From an uncultured Acidobacteriota bacterium (lineage in GTDB: Bacteria; Acidobacteriota; UBA6911): 64,000 bases of DNA. Below, one piece after another: positions 29,839 to 39,084 of this stretch. A program made the translations under genes and the position numbers. The DNA is taken from assembly GCA_963843575.1 (NCBI GenBank), contig CAWJKZ010000011.1, positions 106,341 to 170,340 on the forward strand, read 5' to 3'. Each line of letters opens with the position of its first letter. Position 1 is the first letter of the stretch. The notes under the pieces were generated by a model. That model worked only from the letters and a program-made list of their open reading frames with translations, had not been told where the DNA came from and made no database searches.

Positions 29839-30988
29839 TCAGGCGCCTCGCACCTCCGCGACCCGCACCCAGCGCCGCTCGCCGGAGGAACGCTGGGCGG
29901 CCTCCATGATCTCCTGCACCCGCAGCCCGTCCAGAAACCCGGGGGACGCGGGCCCGTCTTCGGCGACGGCCTTCAGAGAACGAATGTTGCGCCTCGACGA
30001 ACGTACCGACGAATCCCGGCGCCATGGTCCAGTCGGGGACCTTCTGGCCCGCGTAGCGCCCGACGGTCTGCACCTTGCGGAAGCCGCTCAAGCCGCCCAG
30101 CGGCTGGTCGGGGTCGCGCGTGTCGAAAACGTGCAGCCAGCTCGGCTCGTCCGCCCTGAAGCGCAGCGCCCCCTTTTCGCCGTAGATCTCGACCGCGAGG
30201 TCGTTCGTGGCGCCGGTCCCCATGCGCGACACCTCCACGCTCCCGAGCGCGCCGCTCGCCATCCTCAGCTGCAGGATCGCCAGGTCGTCCACGTCCACCT
30301 CGCCGACGTCGTGTGCGCCCGCCTGCACCGGCCGCTGCTTGATCAGCGTCTCCATCGTCGCCAGCACCGCGTCGAAATCGCCGAGCAGGCAGTACAGGAG
30401 GTCGAGCACGTGCGAACCGAGGTCGAACAGCGCCCCGCCGCCGGCGCCTTCCTTGCGCAGCCGCCAGGAGAGCGGCTTGTCGGGCTTTATGTAACTCGAA
30501 CGGTAGAAGCACGCCCGAAACGAAAACACGCGGCCAAGGAAGCCCTCGGAGACGAGCTGCCGGGCGCGGGTGATCGCCGGGAAGAAACGGAAGTTGAAGC
30601 CGAGCTGCGCCTTCACCCCGGCCTGTTCCACGGCGCGGACGATCTCGCGGCCCTCGGCGACGGTCAGGGCGAGCGGCTTCTCGCAGTAGATGTGCTTGCC
30701 CGCCGCGGCCGCGGCGGCGATCGCCTCCGCGTGCAGGGCGTTCGGCAGGCAGATGTCGACGACGTCGACATCGTTGCGGGCGAGCAGGTCGCGGTAGTCG
30801 GCGGCCCCGACGGGGCAGCCGGCTTCGCGCGCGGCCAGTGCGGCGGCCTCGGGGCGGCGCCTGGACACGCCGACGAGCCTCACGAGGTCGGAAGGGAACC
30901 CGTAGTGAAAGGGGATGGCGCGGTAGGCGAGCGCGTGCACGCGGCCCACACCGCCGTAGCCCACGATCGCGACGCCGAGCTTCCTCAT
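29839..30988 (-). CDS. Gfo/Idh/MocA family oxidoreductase (C-terminal frameshift)
   Basis: MRKLGVAIVGYGGVGRVH Rossmann N-terminus and EKPLALT motif. After ...FVGTFVEAQHSF the family-typical C-terminus (GFLDGLRVQEIMEAAQRSSGERRWVRVAEVRGA*) continues in the +1 frame near 29995. The 4-bp ATGA overlap with the next gene suggests an operon. Confidence 0.7.
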
Positions 30989-31833
30989 GGCCGGTTCCCC
31001 TGGGGCTTGAGTCCGCGCTCGTCGCGCCAGCGCTCGCTCGCCTCGTCCATTACCCCCCGGAGCTTTTTCACGGCGGCCTGGATGTCCCCCGTGCCGGGGA
31101 CGAGCTTTCCTTCCGGACCCTTCAGCAGCGGCGACGAGAACTCGCCGACGGTCATGCCCGCCTCGATGAATTCGGCGACGTTGCCCGCGTTGAGGCCGCC
31201 GTCTTCCATCAACTCGATCCGGCCCTCCATGCCGGCTGCCGCGATCATTTCGTGGAGCCGGCGGACGCTGGCGAGGACGATCGGGTCGATCGTGTGGGGG
31301 CTTTTCCCCGCCTGCGGCTTTACCCAGAACGGGGCGCGGCTTTCGTACTCGATGATGTCCACGTAGGGATGGATGTACTGCTCGAAAAAAACCACCGGGC
31401 AACCCTGCCAGGCCCAAACCCCGACCTTCAGCTCGAGCTTCTCCTTGACGTACGTGATGTTCTGCATCAGGGTCTCGCCGGTGGTCTCGATCGGCAGGCT
31501 GATCAGGTCGACCCCCAGGTCGGCGAGCTGATTGAAGACGTCGAAGCTGGGACGGACCATCTGGAGCTGCGCCTCGATCTCGAGCGACGTGCTCTTGCGC
31601 ACCCCTTCGAGGATGTCGAAACCGCCGCGCGGCATGCCGAAGTCCATGTACTTGCCGTCCCGGACCTCGACGTGGAGCCAGTCGACGCCGGCCTCCTCCA
31701 GGTCGCGCACCTGCGCCCCCAGCACCGAGTAATCGGCCCAGAACAGCCCCGCCGCGATCTTCGCCCGCCGCCCAATCTTCCCTATCGTGTCGCTCACGCC
31801 GCCAATTACAGCCCCCCCCTCCCCCCCTGTCAA
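30985..31833 (-). CDS. Ribulose-phosphate 3-epimerase family protein (divergent)
   Basis: VDWLHVEVRDGKYMDFGMP and C-terminal EDGGLNAGNVAEFIEAGMTVGEFSS match RPE/allulose-6-phosphate-epimerase core motifs. The ORF is longer than typical RPE, so the true start is probably internal. Confidence 0.5.
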   Translation of the reverse strand: MTGGEGGAVIGGVSDTIGKIGRRAKIAAGLFWADYSVLGAQVRDLEEAGVDWLHVEVRDGKYMDFGMPRGGFDILEGVRKSTSLEIEAQLQMVRPSFDVFNQLADLGVDLISLPIETTGETLMQNITYVKEKLELKVGVWAWQGCPVVFFEQYIHPYVDIIEYESRAPFWVKPQAGKSPHTIDPIVLASVRRLHEMIAAAGMEGRIELMEDGGLNAGNVAEFIEAGMTVGEFSSPLLKGPEGKLVPGTGDIQAAVKKLRGVMDEASERWRDERGLKPQGNRP

Positions 31834-31840
31834 GCAGTAA

Positions 31841-31946
31841 TGGGGACGGACCAGGACAACCCACGCTTTTGCAGTGAATTGTAGGGAATTTCGACCCTAA
31901 AAACGGGCTTATTTCACGTTTTTGGGCCTGTTTTCTGCAAATAAGC
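31841..31946 (+). repeat. Novel ~108-bp element, copy B
   Basis: GGGGACGGACCAGGACAACC...GGGCTTATTTCACGTTTTTGGGCCTGTTTTCTGCAAATAAGCGG. Confidence 0.7.
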
Positions 31947-32296
31947 GGTAAGACGCGTTCCGCCTCGGACGGGGCAGATTCGGGAGGGTCGGTGCAGATG
32001 TCGCGCGGGACGAACGACCGGATCGCGAAGCCGCGTCAGCCTGACAGGAGTAAGATGAATCCCGGTACCTGTCTACTCTATCCAATCGGCCAAGGCCATC
32101 CGGTCTTCGGATTGCAGCTCACCAGGACAGCGTTGGAGCCGCTGCTTCTGAAGACACTCAGCGCGCACCGGAATCCAGGCGATGGCGCGGCTTTGGCGGG
32201 CCGCACGGCGCAGGTATGCGGAGCGCCTCACACAAAATGGGAAATTGCCGGAGTGGTAATATTCCCGGAGATCTGCAGCACAGATGGAGGTCTGGT

Positions 32297-33355
32297 ATGG
32301 GTGGAACATATCGCATGTCGATTGCCGTTGCCGTCTTGATCCTCACGATAGCGCCTTCGACCAGGTCACGAACCGCGGAAGCTCCGTATCACTTCCTTGC
32401 CAAGATCGACGTCGGCGGCGAAGGGGGGTGGGATTACGCTTCGGTTGATGCGGCCGCGCGCAGGCTCTATGTCACGCATGCGACCAAGGTCGTTGTGATC
32501 GACCTCGACAGTCACAGGGTGATCGGCGAGGTGGTCGACACTCCCGGGGTCCACGGTTTTGCGCTGGCGCCGGACCTCGGGCTGGGGTTTGCGAGCAACG
32601 GCCGGGAGAACAAGGCCAGCATCGTGGATCTAAAGACGCTCGCGACCCGGATGAAGGTCGACACGGGGGCGAACCCCGACGCGATTCTGTACGTCCCCGG
32701 CGTGCAGGAGGTGTACACGTTCAACGGGACCGGCAAGTCCGCGACGGTATTCGAGGCAAAATCGGGCCAAGTGATCGCCACGATTCCTCTGCCGGGGAAG
32801 CCTGAATTTGCCCAGTTGGACGTGAAGGCCGGGCGGATCTACAACAACATCGAGGACACGAACGAAGTCGTGGCGATCGACATCCGAAAGCACGAGGTGG
32901 TCGCCAGATGGCCGATCGCGCCGGGCGAAGGCGCATCCGGCATGGCCATCGACCTCGCCAATCACCGGCTGTTCCTCGGGGCCGACAAGCTCATGGTCGT
33001 GCTGGACAGCACATCGGGCAGGGTCGTCACCACGGTTCCCATCGGTCCCGGCGTCGATGCCAATGCCTATGACCCCGCGACCAGGCTGGTCTTCGCCTCC
33101 TGCGGCGGCGACGGCACCGTGACCGTCGCTCGCGAGGACGGCCCGGACAAGCTGACGGTCGTCCAGGTGCTTCAGACCGCGAGGGGCGCCCGCACCATGA
33201 CGCTCGACCCCAAAACGCACAATATCTACCTTGCGGCGGTCGACTACGAAGCTCCCGCCGCGCCGGCGGCCCAGCCCGCTCCAGGTCAGAGGCCCCGGCC
33301 GAAGCCGGTGCCGAATTCCTTCAAGGTCCTCGTCTATGGAACCGAGGCGCAGTAA
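32297..33355 (+). CDS. YVTN-family beta-propeller repeat protein, secreted
   Basis: Signal peptide MGGTYRMSIAVAVLILTIAPS; repeated ~40-aa YVTN/YncE-like units (RLYVTHATKVVVIDLDSHRVIG, RIYNNIEDTNEVVAIDIRKHEVV, etc.). Confidence 0.75.
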   Translation: MGGTYRMSIAVAVLILTIAPSTRSRTAEAPYHFLAKIDVGGEGGWDYASVDAAARRLYVTHATKVVVIDLDSHRVIGEVVDTPGVHGFALAPDLGLGFASNGRENKASIVDLKTLATRMKVDTGANPDAILYVPGVQEVYTFNGTGKSATVFEAKSGQVIATIPLPGKPEFAQLDVKAGRIYNNIEDTNEVVAIDIRKHEVVARWPIAPGEGASGMAIDLANHRLFLGADKLMVVLDSTSGRVVTTVPIGPGVDANAYDPATRLVFASCGGDGTVTVAREDGPDKLTVVQVLQTARGARTMTLDPKTHNIYLAAVDYEAPAAPAAQPAPGQRPRPKPVPNSFKVLVYGTEAQ

Positions 33356-33411
33356 GAGAGACCGGGGGAAGTACTCGAAGCGGAGTCCCTGCCTTTCTTG
33401 AAGAGGTCAGG

Positions 33412-34428
33412 ATGAACGGATTCCAGCGAATCCGGGCTGCACTGCGCGGTGAGGCGCCGGACTGCACGCCTGTGATGCTGCACAGCTTCATGCTTGCCGC
33501 CGCGGAATCCGGCATTCCGATGTGGCGCTATCGACGGGACCCGGCGGAGATCGTCCGCTGCCTGATCGAATTTGTGGAGCGGTACGGCACCGACGGGGTA
33601 TTGCTCGACATCGACACCGCAACGCTCGCGGGCGCACTCGGGATCCCGGTCGAGTACCCCGACGACCAGCCGGCTGTCTGCCGGCGGCCGAAACTGGCCG
33701 ATGTGTCCGAGGTCGACCGGTTGGAACCGGTCGATGTCCTCGCCTTTCCGGGCGTGCAGGTGTGGCTCGAGGCGGCGAGGCTGTTGAGCCGCTACTTTCG
33801 GGGCGAAATATACGTGCGCGCGAACTGCGACCAGTGCCCGTTCTCTCTTGCCTCCATGATGTGCGGCTCGGAACCCTGGATGCTTGCGTTGGTCGACCCG
33901 TCCAGGCACGTGCACGTGCGCCGCCTGCTCGCGTACTGCACTCGGGCAACGGTCCAGTTTGTCCGGCTCATGTCCCAAACGGGTGCCGACATGCTCTCCA
34001 ACGGCGATAGCCCCGCGGGCCCCGAACTGATCTCTCCGCGATTGTACCGGGAATTCGCGCTGCCGTACGAAACGCAGGTCGCAGCCGCGGCCCACGAGAC
34101 GGGGCTGCCGTACGCCCTTCACATATGCGGATCGACCGAGCAGATCCTGCAGGACATGGTCTCGACCGGCGCCGAGGCGCTCGAACTGGATTACCGGACC
34201 GACTGCCGCATGGCCTGCTCCCTTCTGAAGGGAAGGGCTGCCTTCATCGGGAACATCGACCCCACGGGCGTCCTGGCCTTGGGTGATCCGCGGCTGGTCG
34301 AGGCGAAGACGCGCGAGCTGGTTGCTGCCTTCGAAGGCAATCCCCGCTTCATCCTGAACGCGGGCTGCGCAATCCCCCCCTCGACTCCACCCGCCAATGT
34401 GCGGGCCCTGATCCGGGGACGGACCTAG
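33412..34428 (+). CDS. Uroporphyrinogen decarboxylase (URO-D) family protein / MtaA-CmuA-like methyltransferase
   Basis: URO-D-like TIM-barrel sequence over the full length (MNGFQRIRAALRGEAPD..., ALHICGSTEQILQDMVSTGAEALELD). Confidence 0.7.
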   Translation: MNGFQRIRAALRGEAPDCTPVMLHSFMLAAAESGIPMWRYRRDPAEIVRCLIEFVERYGTDGVLLDIDTATLAGALGIPVEYPDDQPAVCRRPKLADVSEVDRLEPVDVLAFPGVQVWLEAARLLSRYFRGEIYVRANCDQCPFSLASMMCGSEPWMLALVDPSRHVHVRRLLAYCTRATVQFVRLMSQTGADMLSNGDSPAGPELISPRLYREFALPYETQVAAAAHETGLPYALHICGSTEQILQDMVSTGAEALELDYRTDCRMACSLLKGRAAFIGNIDPTGVLALGDPRLVEAKTRELVAAFEGNPRFILNAGCAIPPSTPPANVRALIRGRT

Positions 34429-34583
34429 AAAAGAAGGACGCAGATGAACGCGGAGAAACGCGGATCAGCACTGACGATTCGCTCTGCCAGCGTTTGTCCG
34501 CGTCCCACTACGCTTGCGGTTGATTGGGAACGTCATCAGGCTCTAGTATGAGCCGGGATCAAACACGTATTGAGGAGGGGCGT

Positions 34584-35834
34584 ATGACGGGCCTTGATTT
34601 GACCGGTGAACACCTCCAGGTGACGCGGCGCCATTTTTTCCAGCTTGGGGGCGCAGCAGTGGCAGCCTGGAACGTCTCCGGGCTCGCCGCCGGCCAAGCC
34701 GCCATTGATCCTCAACTGGAGGAGGCCGTTGCCAAACTGCAGTACCTGACTCCGCCCGACCGGGTTGGCACCATCCTGGACAAAGGGAAGGCAGGCGTGG
34801 CGAAACTTCCGCCGGAGAGGCTTCATGAAATCGGGCTGGTCCCGGAAACCTGGTCACTTGACGTCGTCGGCGACCCCACGAGCAACTGCGTCGTGGAGCA
34901 GCCCCTCTCGCGTGCACTCGGCAACGCCCTGGACTGGAAGGGCCTGATGAGGTTGGCCGATAAGCATGCGACCCGCTTCATGCAGGTCTGCTCGTGCACA
35001 AACGGCGCCGATCCTTTTCACATGAGCCTTTGGGAAGGGGTCCCGCTCCGTGAAGTCATCTGGCTAGTCCGTCCCAAAGACAATGTCCGACGGGTCTATT
35101 ATCAAAGCTATCACCCCGAGAACCTGCCCCCGTTTCAAAGCTCTCTGCCGCTGGGTCAGATTCTGGAAAACCCGCCAGGGCAGATGCCGGTCATTCTTGC
35201 CTACAAGCGGAATGAGCAGGTTATCCCCGCCTCTCATGGCGGCCCCGTTCGGATGATCGTTCCGGGTGCGTACGGCAGCAAGTGCATTAAATGGGTTCAG
35301 CGCGTTGTCCTGACCAACGAATTCAAGGCGAACGATTCAGACGCGGATCTGAACAACGACCCGGAAAACGCGCTGAAGACAAGGGCCAGGTTTGTCAATG
35401 CTCCGAAGGAGGCCGCGTCCGGAACGCCCTTTGCCTTGACCGGCATGGCGCAGGTCGGCGTTTCGGGTCTCAGCAAGGTTCAGTTCTGCGTGCATTCTCA
35501 GCAGGGCCCATGGCCGGCCGATGACCCGTATCGCGCCAAGGCGGACTGGAAGGACTGCACCATCCTGCCGCCCCCCAACAACTGGGGAGGAGGGCTTCCG
35601 CAGGGGAAACTGCCCGCCACAGCCCAGACCGATCCGACGACCGGCAAGCCTTTCCAATGGCCCATGCGGTACGCGATCGTCCACTGGGCGAAATTGGTCG
35701 CCGGCCTGGCTCCCGGCACATACGAACTGTGCTGCCGCACGATCGACGATAACGGCATCGCGCAGCCGATGCCCCGTACGTTACCGAGGACAGGCTTCAA
35801 CGAGATTCAGCGTGCCTCGCTTGTCGTGAAGTGA
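34584..35834 (+). CDS. Sulfite-oxidase-family molybdopterin oxidoreductase, TAT-exported
   Basis: RBS GAGGAGGGG; leader TRRHFFQLGGAAVAAWNVSGLAAG; Moco-domain-like core (PVRMIVPGAYGSKCIKWVQRVVLTNE) plus a C-terminal Ig-like dimerisation-type region. Confidence 0.7.
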   Translation: MTGLDLTGEHLQVTRRHFFQLGGAAVAAWNVSGLAAGQAAIDPQLEEAVAKLQYLTPPDRVGTILDKGKAGVAKLPPERLHEIGLVPETWSLDVVGDPTSNCVVEQPLSRALGNALDWKGLMRLADKHATRFMQVCSCTNGADPFHMSLWEGVPLREVIWLVRPKDNVRRVYYQSYHPENLPPFQSSLPLGQILENPPGQMPVILAYKRNEQVIPASHGGPVRMIVPGAYGSKCIKWVQRVVLTNEFKANDSDADLNNDPENALKTRARFVNAPKEAASGTPFALTGMAQVGVSGLSKVQFCVHSQQGPWPADDPYRAKADWKDCTILPPPNNWGGGLPQGKLPATAQTDPTTGKPFQWPMRYAIVHWAKLVAGLAPGTYELCCRTIDDNGIAQPMPRTLPRTGFNEIQRASLVVK

Positions 35835-35870
35835 TTGAACCCACTGTAAACCGCCCTCCAGCGCGGTCGT

Positions 35871-35980
35871 GGGGACGGACCACGGCAAGCCATTATCTCA
35901 CTATCAATTAGCAGATTTCAGGACCAGGAAACAGGCCTTATTTCGTGTTTTTGGGGGCGGTTTTCTTGAGATAACGGCGG
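35871..35980 (+). repeat. Novel ~108-bp element, copy C
   Basis: GGGGACGGACCACGGCAAGCC...GGCCTTATTTCGTGTTTTTGGGGGCGGTTTTCTTGAGATAACGG, 37 bp after the stop of the molybdoenzyme gene. Confidence 0.7.
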
Positions 35981-36352
35981 GGGACATGTCTGTCGCGGCC
36001 ATGCTGATGAGCGGAACGCCGCCGGCAGTGCTGCGCAAAGGCCCGCCCTCGCCGCTCGTGGAAGAGAGCGACGAGGAGAAGAACCCAGCGACAGAGATCT
36101 AGCCCAAGGGCGGGCGGCCCGGACCGGGAAACGCCGAATCGGTGATCATTGACTTCGAAGGCGTGCAGAACCGCATCGTGGCCGTTTCCATTCCGTCCGG
36201 CGATCACTCGAACCTGCGCGCGGCTGCTTCCGCAACCCTTGCCTTGGTTTTGCTTTTACCTTTTTTTCTTATCTTCCGTTGCTTTTTCTGGCCTATGCTG
36301 GGGGACATCAGCCTTCACAATCCTGATATTTGTCATCAAACGGGAGACCGCA

Positions 36353-37819
36353 ATGCAGAGAGAGGACACCAGCAATTCAGAAAGAAACACGACGACGCGC
36401 CGACGTTTTCTCACCCAGACCGCGGCAGCACTGGCGGGCGCTTCCACGCTGACGGGTCTCGAGGCGGCGGGGAAGCAGGCGACCAGAGCGGTAGGAAGGG
36501 TGTTGGGGGCCAACGACCGCATCAATCTGGCATTTATCGGAAACGGGATGCAGTGGCAGGGGCTGCTTCGGGGGTTCCAGGCACGCAAGGACCGGCAGGG
36601 AGACATCGAGTTCGTGGCTTGTTGCGACGTCTGGGAGCCGCGGCTGAAGAATGCCCAGGAAAAGACCAAGGCGGAGAAGACCTATCGCGATTACCGCGAG
36701 GTACTGCAGCGGCCGGACATCGACGGCGTCGTGGTGGCCGTGCCCGATCACTGGCACTTTGCGATCGCCAGGGACGCATGCCTGGCAGGCAAGGACGTCT
36801 ACCTCGAGAAACCCATGGTCCGCACCATCGAGCAGGGCGCCCAGCTCAACGAAATCGTCAACCAGACCAAGCGCATCCTCCAGGTGGGCGGCTCCGGTCC
36901 TGCAAGCGGGTTGAACTGGAAGATCAACGAATACATCAAGGCCGGCAGAATGGGCAAGATCCTGTGGGGCCTGATCAGCTACAACCGGAACACGGACGCC
37001 GGCATGTGGGATTACCCGATCCCCGGGATCGGTGAAACGCCTTGGCCGGACGCCGATTTCAGCGCCAAGAGCTGCGACTGGAACATGTGGCTCGGTTCGA
37101 CGCGCAAGCGGTCGCTCAGCGCGGAGCGTTACTTCCGTTGGAGGAAGTACTGGGACTACGCGACCGGCAACGCGGGCGACCTTCTCTACCATCAACTTGG
37201 CACCATGTCGACGATGATAGGGTTCGATTTCCCGACTCAGGTCGTGGGCGCAGGCGGCATTTTCATCCAGAAGGACCGCGAGGTCCCCGACACCTACATG
37301 ACCATGGTCGAGTACCCCGGCGAGTACTGCGTGAACATGATTTCCTGCATGGGGAACGCCGACTCCGTGCCGATCACGGTTTATGGGAACTGGGCCACGT
37401 TGCGGCTCGGCGGCCCGGGCGCCGCCGCGGGACAGGGCCAGGGGGCCATGGGAGATCAGGCCCGCGGCGCAGATCAGGCCGGGGCCGGACGATCCGGGGG
37501 CGCCCGCCCACGCGCGGTCGCCAGCGTCACCGCGCAACCGCAGTTCCTCAACAAGTTCAAAGAGGCCAACGACGGAAAAACCGAGGTGACCATCGAGGCC
37601 CCCGCGCAGAGCGAAAGCCTCGGAGAGAACTGGCTCAACTGCATGCGTTCCCGGCAAAGCCCTGTGTACGACGTGTTGAGGGGCTACCAGGTGCTGGTCG
37701 CGATCATGCTGGGCGTGGATTCCTACCGGGAGGGGAAGGCGCTGGCCTTCGACCCCGTCGGCCGCAAGGTGCTGCCCAAGCCGCCGGCCAGGAAGATGTA
37801 CCCGCCCGCCGAAACATAA
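36353..37819 (+). CDS. Gfo/Idh/MocA family oxidoreductase, TAT-exported
   Basis: Leader TTRRRFLTQTAAALAGAST; Rossmann INLAFIGNGMQ, EKPMVRT motif. Includes an unusual Gly/Ala/Gln-rich insert (GPGAAAGQGQGAMGDQARGADQAGAG) at ~37410-37500. Confidence 0.75.
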   Translation: MQREDTSNSERNTTTRRRFLTQTAAALAGASTLTGLEAAGKQATRAVGRVLGANDRINLAFIGNGMQWQGLLRGFQARKDRQGDIEFVACCDVWEPRLKNAQEKTKAEKTYRDYREVLQRPDIDGVVVAVPDHWHFAIARDACLAGKDVYLEKPMVRTIEQGAQLNEIVNQTKRILQVGGSGPASGLNWKINEYIKAGRMGKILWGLISYNRNTDAGMWDYPIPGIGETPWPDADFSAKSCDWNMWLGSTRKRSLSAERYFRWRKYWDYATGNAGDLLYHQLGTMSTMIGFDFPTQVVGAGGIFIQKDREVPDTYMTMVEYPGEYCVNMISCMGNADSVPITVYGNWATLRLGGPGAAAGQGQGAMGDQARGADQAGAGRSGGARPRAVASVTAQPQFLNKFKEANDGKTEVTIEAPAQSESLGENWLNCMRSRQSPVYDVLRGYQVLVAIMLGVDSYREGKALAFDPVGRKVLPKPPARKMYPPAET

Positions 37820-38009
37820 GGTCCGCGAGGGAAGACTCACCGCCCCGATGCAGAGGCCGCCGAGATCTGGTTCCTCTCTCGGCGGCCCGTGCGCGACGTT
37901 CGGCGCGGTCGTTCTGGACCGGCGCAAGGGCAGGAGCGGCTGGTAAGCCGGCGCCGCCGCGCGGCCGACGACCCACACAACGAGGACGAGGAAAGCAAGG
38001 AGCACGACT

Positions 38010-38846
38010 ATGATTGACAGGCAGCGCTTCAGCCTGAACCGGATCATTTCGCCATCGCTGACCTTGGGAGAGTTCCTCGAACTCACGGCCCGCTTGGGTC
38101 TGAGCAAGGTGGAGCTCAGGAACGATCTTGATGCCCGCGACCCCGTGGACGACATGAAACCTGCCGCCTTCGCCCGTATGGCGGCGGATCACGGTGTCGG
38201 AGTCATTTCCATCAACGCGTTGCAGAAGTTCAACCTCGCGGCAGCTCGGGCCAAGGCCTCCGACGAGCTCAAGAGGCTGCTCGACCTTTCCGCCGCGATC
38301 GGCTGCAAGGCCGTGGTTCTGTGCCCGAACAATGATGCGGCGGATGCCCGAAGCCACGCACGGCGGATCGGGGAAACGATCGACGCCCTTGCAGCTTTCG
38401 GCCCTCTGTTCCGATCCGCCGGCATCCTCGGGTACGTGGAGCCCCTGGGATTCGCGATCTCCTCGCTCGCTTCCCTCGTCGTTGCACAGGACGCGATCCG
38501 GGAATCCGGCCAATCCTGCTTCAAGGTCGTGCACGACACATTTCATCACTTCATCGGGCCTGACGACCAAAGCGTCCTGGGCACGACGTACGGCATCTCC
38601 ATGACGGGTCTCGTTCACGTCTCGGGCGTCGAGGCGAACATCCCCAGAGACGCCTGCCGGGACGAGCACAGGGTGCTCGTCGGGCCCGCCGATACGATGA
38701 AGAGCAAGGAACAGATCCTTCACTTGGAAAAGCTCGGCTATGCCGGCGACTATTCGTTCGAACCCTTCTCGCCCGAAATCCAGAAACTCGGGAAGAGCGA
38801 ATTGGCCGCTGCCTTGCGGCAGAGCCTCGACTACCTCCTCGCCTGA
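38010..38846 (+). CDS. Sugar phosphate isomerase/epimerase (xylose-isomerase-like TIM barrel)
   Basis: 278 aa with typical AP-endonuclease-2/TIM-barrel pattern (GCKAVVLCPNN, GYVEPLG, HDTFHHF). Confidence 0.75.
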   Translation: MIDRQRFSLNRIISPSLTLGEFLELTARLGLSKVELRNDLDARDPVDDMKPAAFARMAADHGVGVISINALQKFNLAAARAKASDELKRLLDLSAAIGCKAVVLCPNNDAADARSHARRIGETIDALAAFGPLFRSAGILGYVEPLGFAISSLASLVVAQDAIRESGQSCFKVVHDTFHHFIGPDDQSVLGTTYGISMTGLVHVSGVEANIPRDACRDEHRVLVGPADTMKSKEQILHLEKLGYAGDYSFEPFSPEIQKLGKSELAAALRQSLDYLLA

Positions 38847-38904
38847 CAGGGCTGCCCTGGGTGGTCAGGGCTCGCGCAAGAATAAATGAAAAACAAATGC
38901 CAAA

Positions 38905-39075
38905 CAGAACGCAGATTCCTCGGATCCAACGGATTCACGCGGATCGACCGCGTCCTGTCGCCAGGTCGATCTGTGGGGATCCGCGCGCATCCGCGTCCTG
39001 AAAAATACGTTGGCGTGGTCACGCGGATGTACGCAGATCCGCGCCAATCCGTGAACCCGTCAAATCCGCGTTCTG
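38905..39075 (+). repeat. ATCCGCG/GATC REP-like repeat, copy 2 of the inverted pair plus extra REP modules
   Basis: 38905-38996 is the reverse complement of 6342-6453; it continues with CACGCGGATGTACGCAGATCCGCGCCAATCCGTGAACCCGTCAAATCCGCGTTCTGCTC. Confidence 0.75.
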
Positions 39076-39084
39076 CTCATTCGG

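Noticed and set aside
27096-31366. Long ORFs 27096-28139(-), 28305-29777(+), 29774-31366(+) and the 29762-31864(-) read-through
   Set aside because: Shadow frames or fusions of two real minus-strand genes (Gfo/Idh/MocA plus RPE-like); real genes are identified by Rossmann and ROK motifs.
36377-38155. 592-aa minus-strand ORF and 37042-38013(+) ORF over the exported Gfo/Idh/MocA gene
   Set aside because: Antisense or alternative-frame artefacts.
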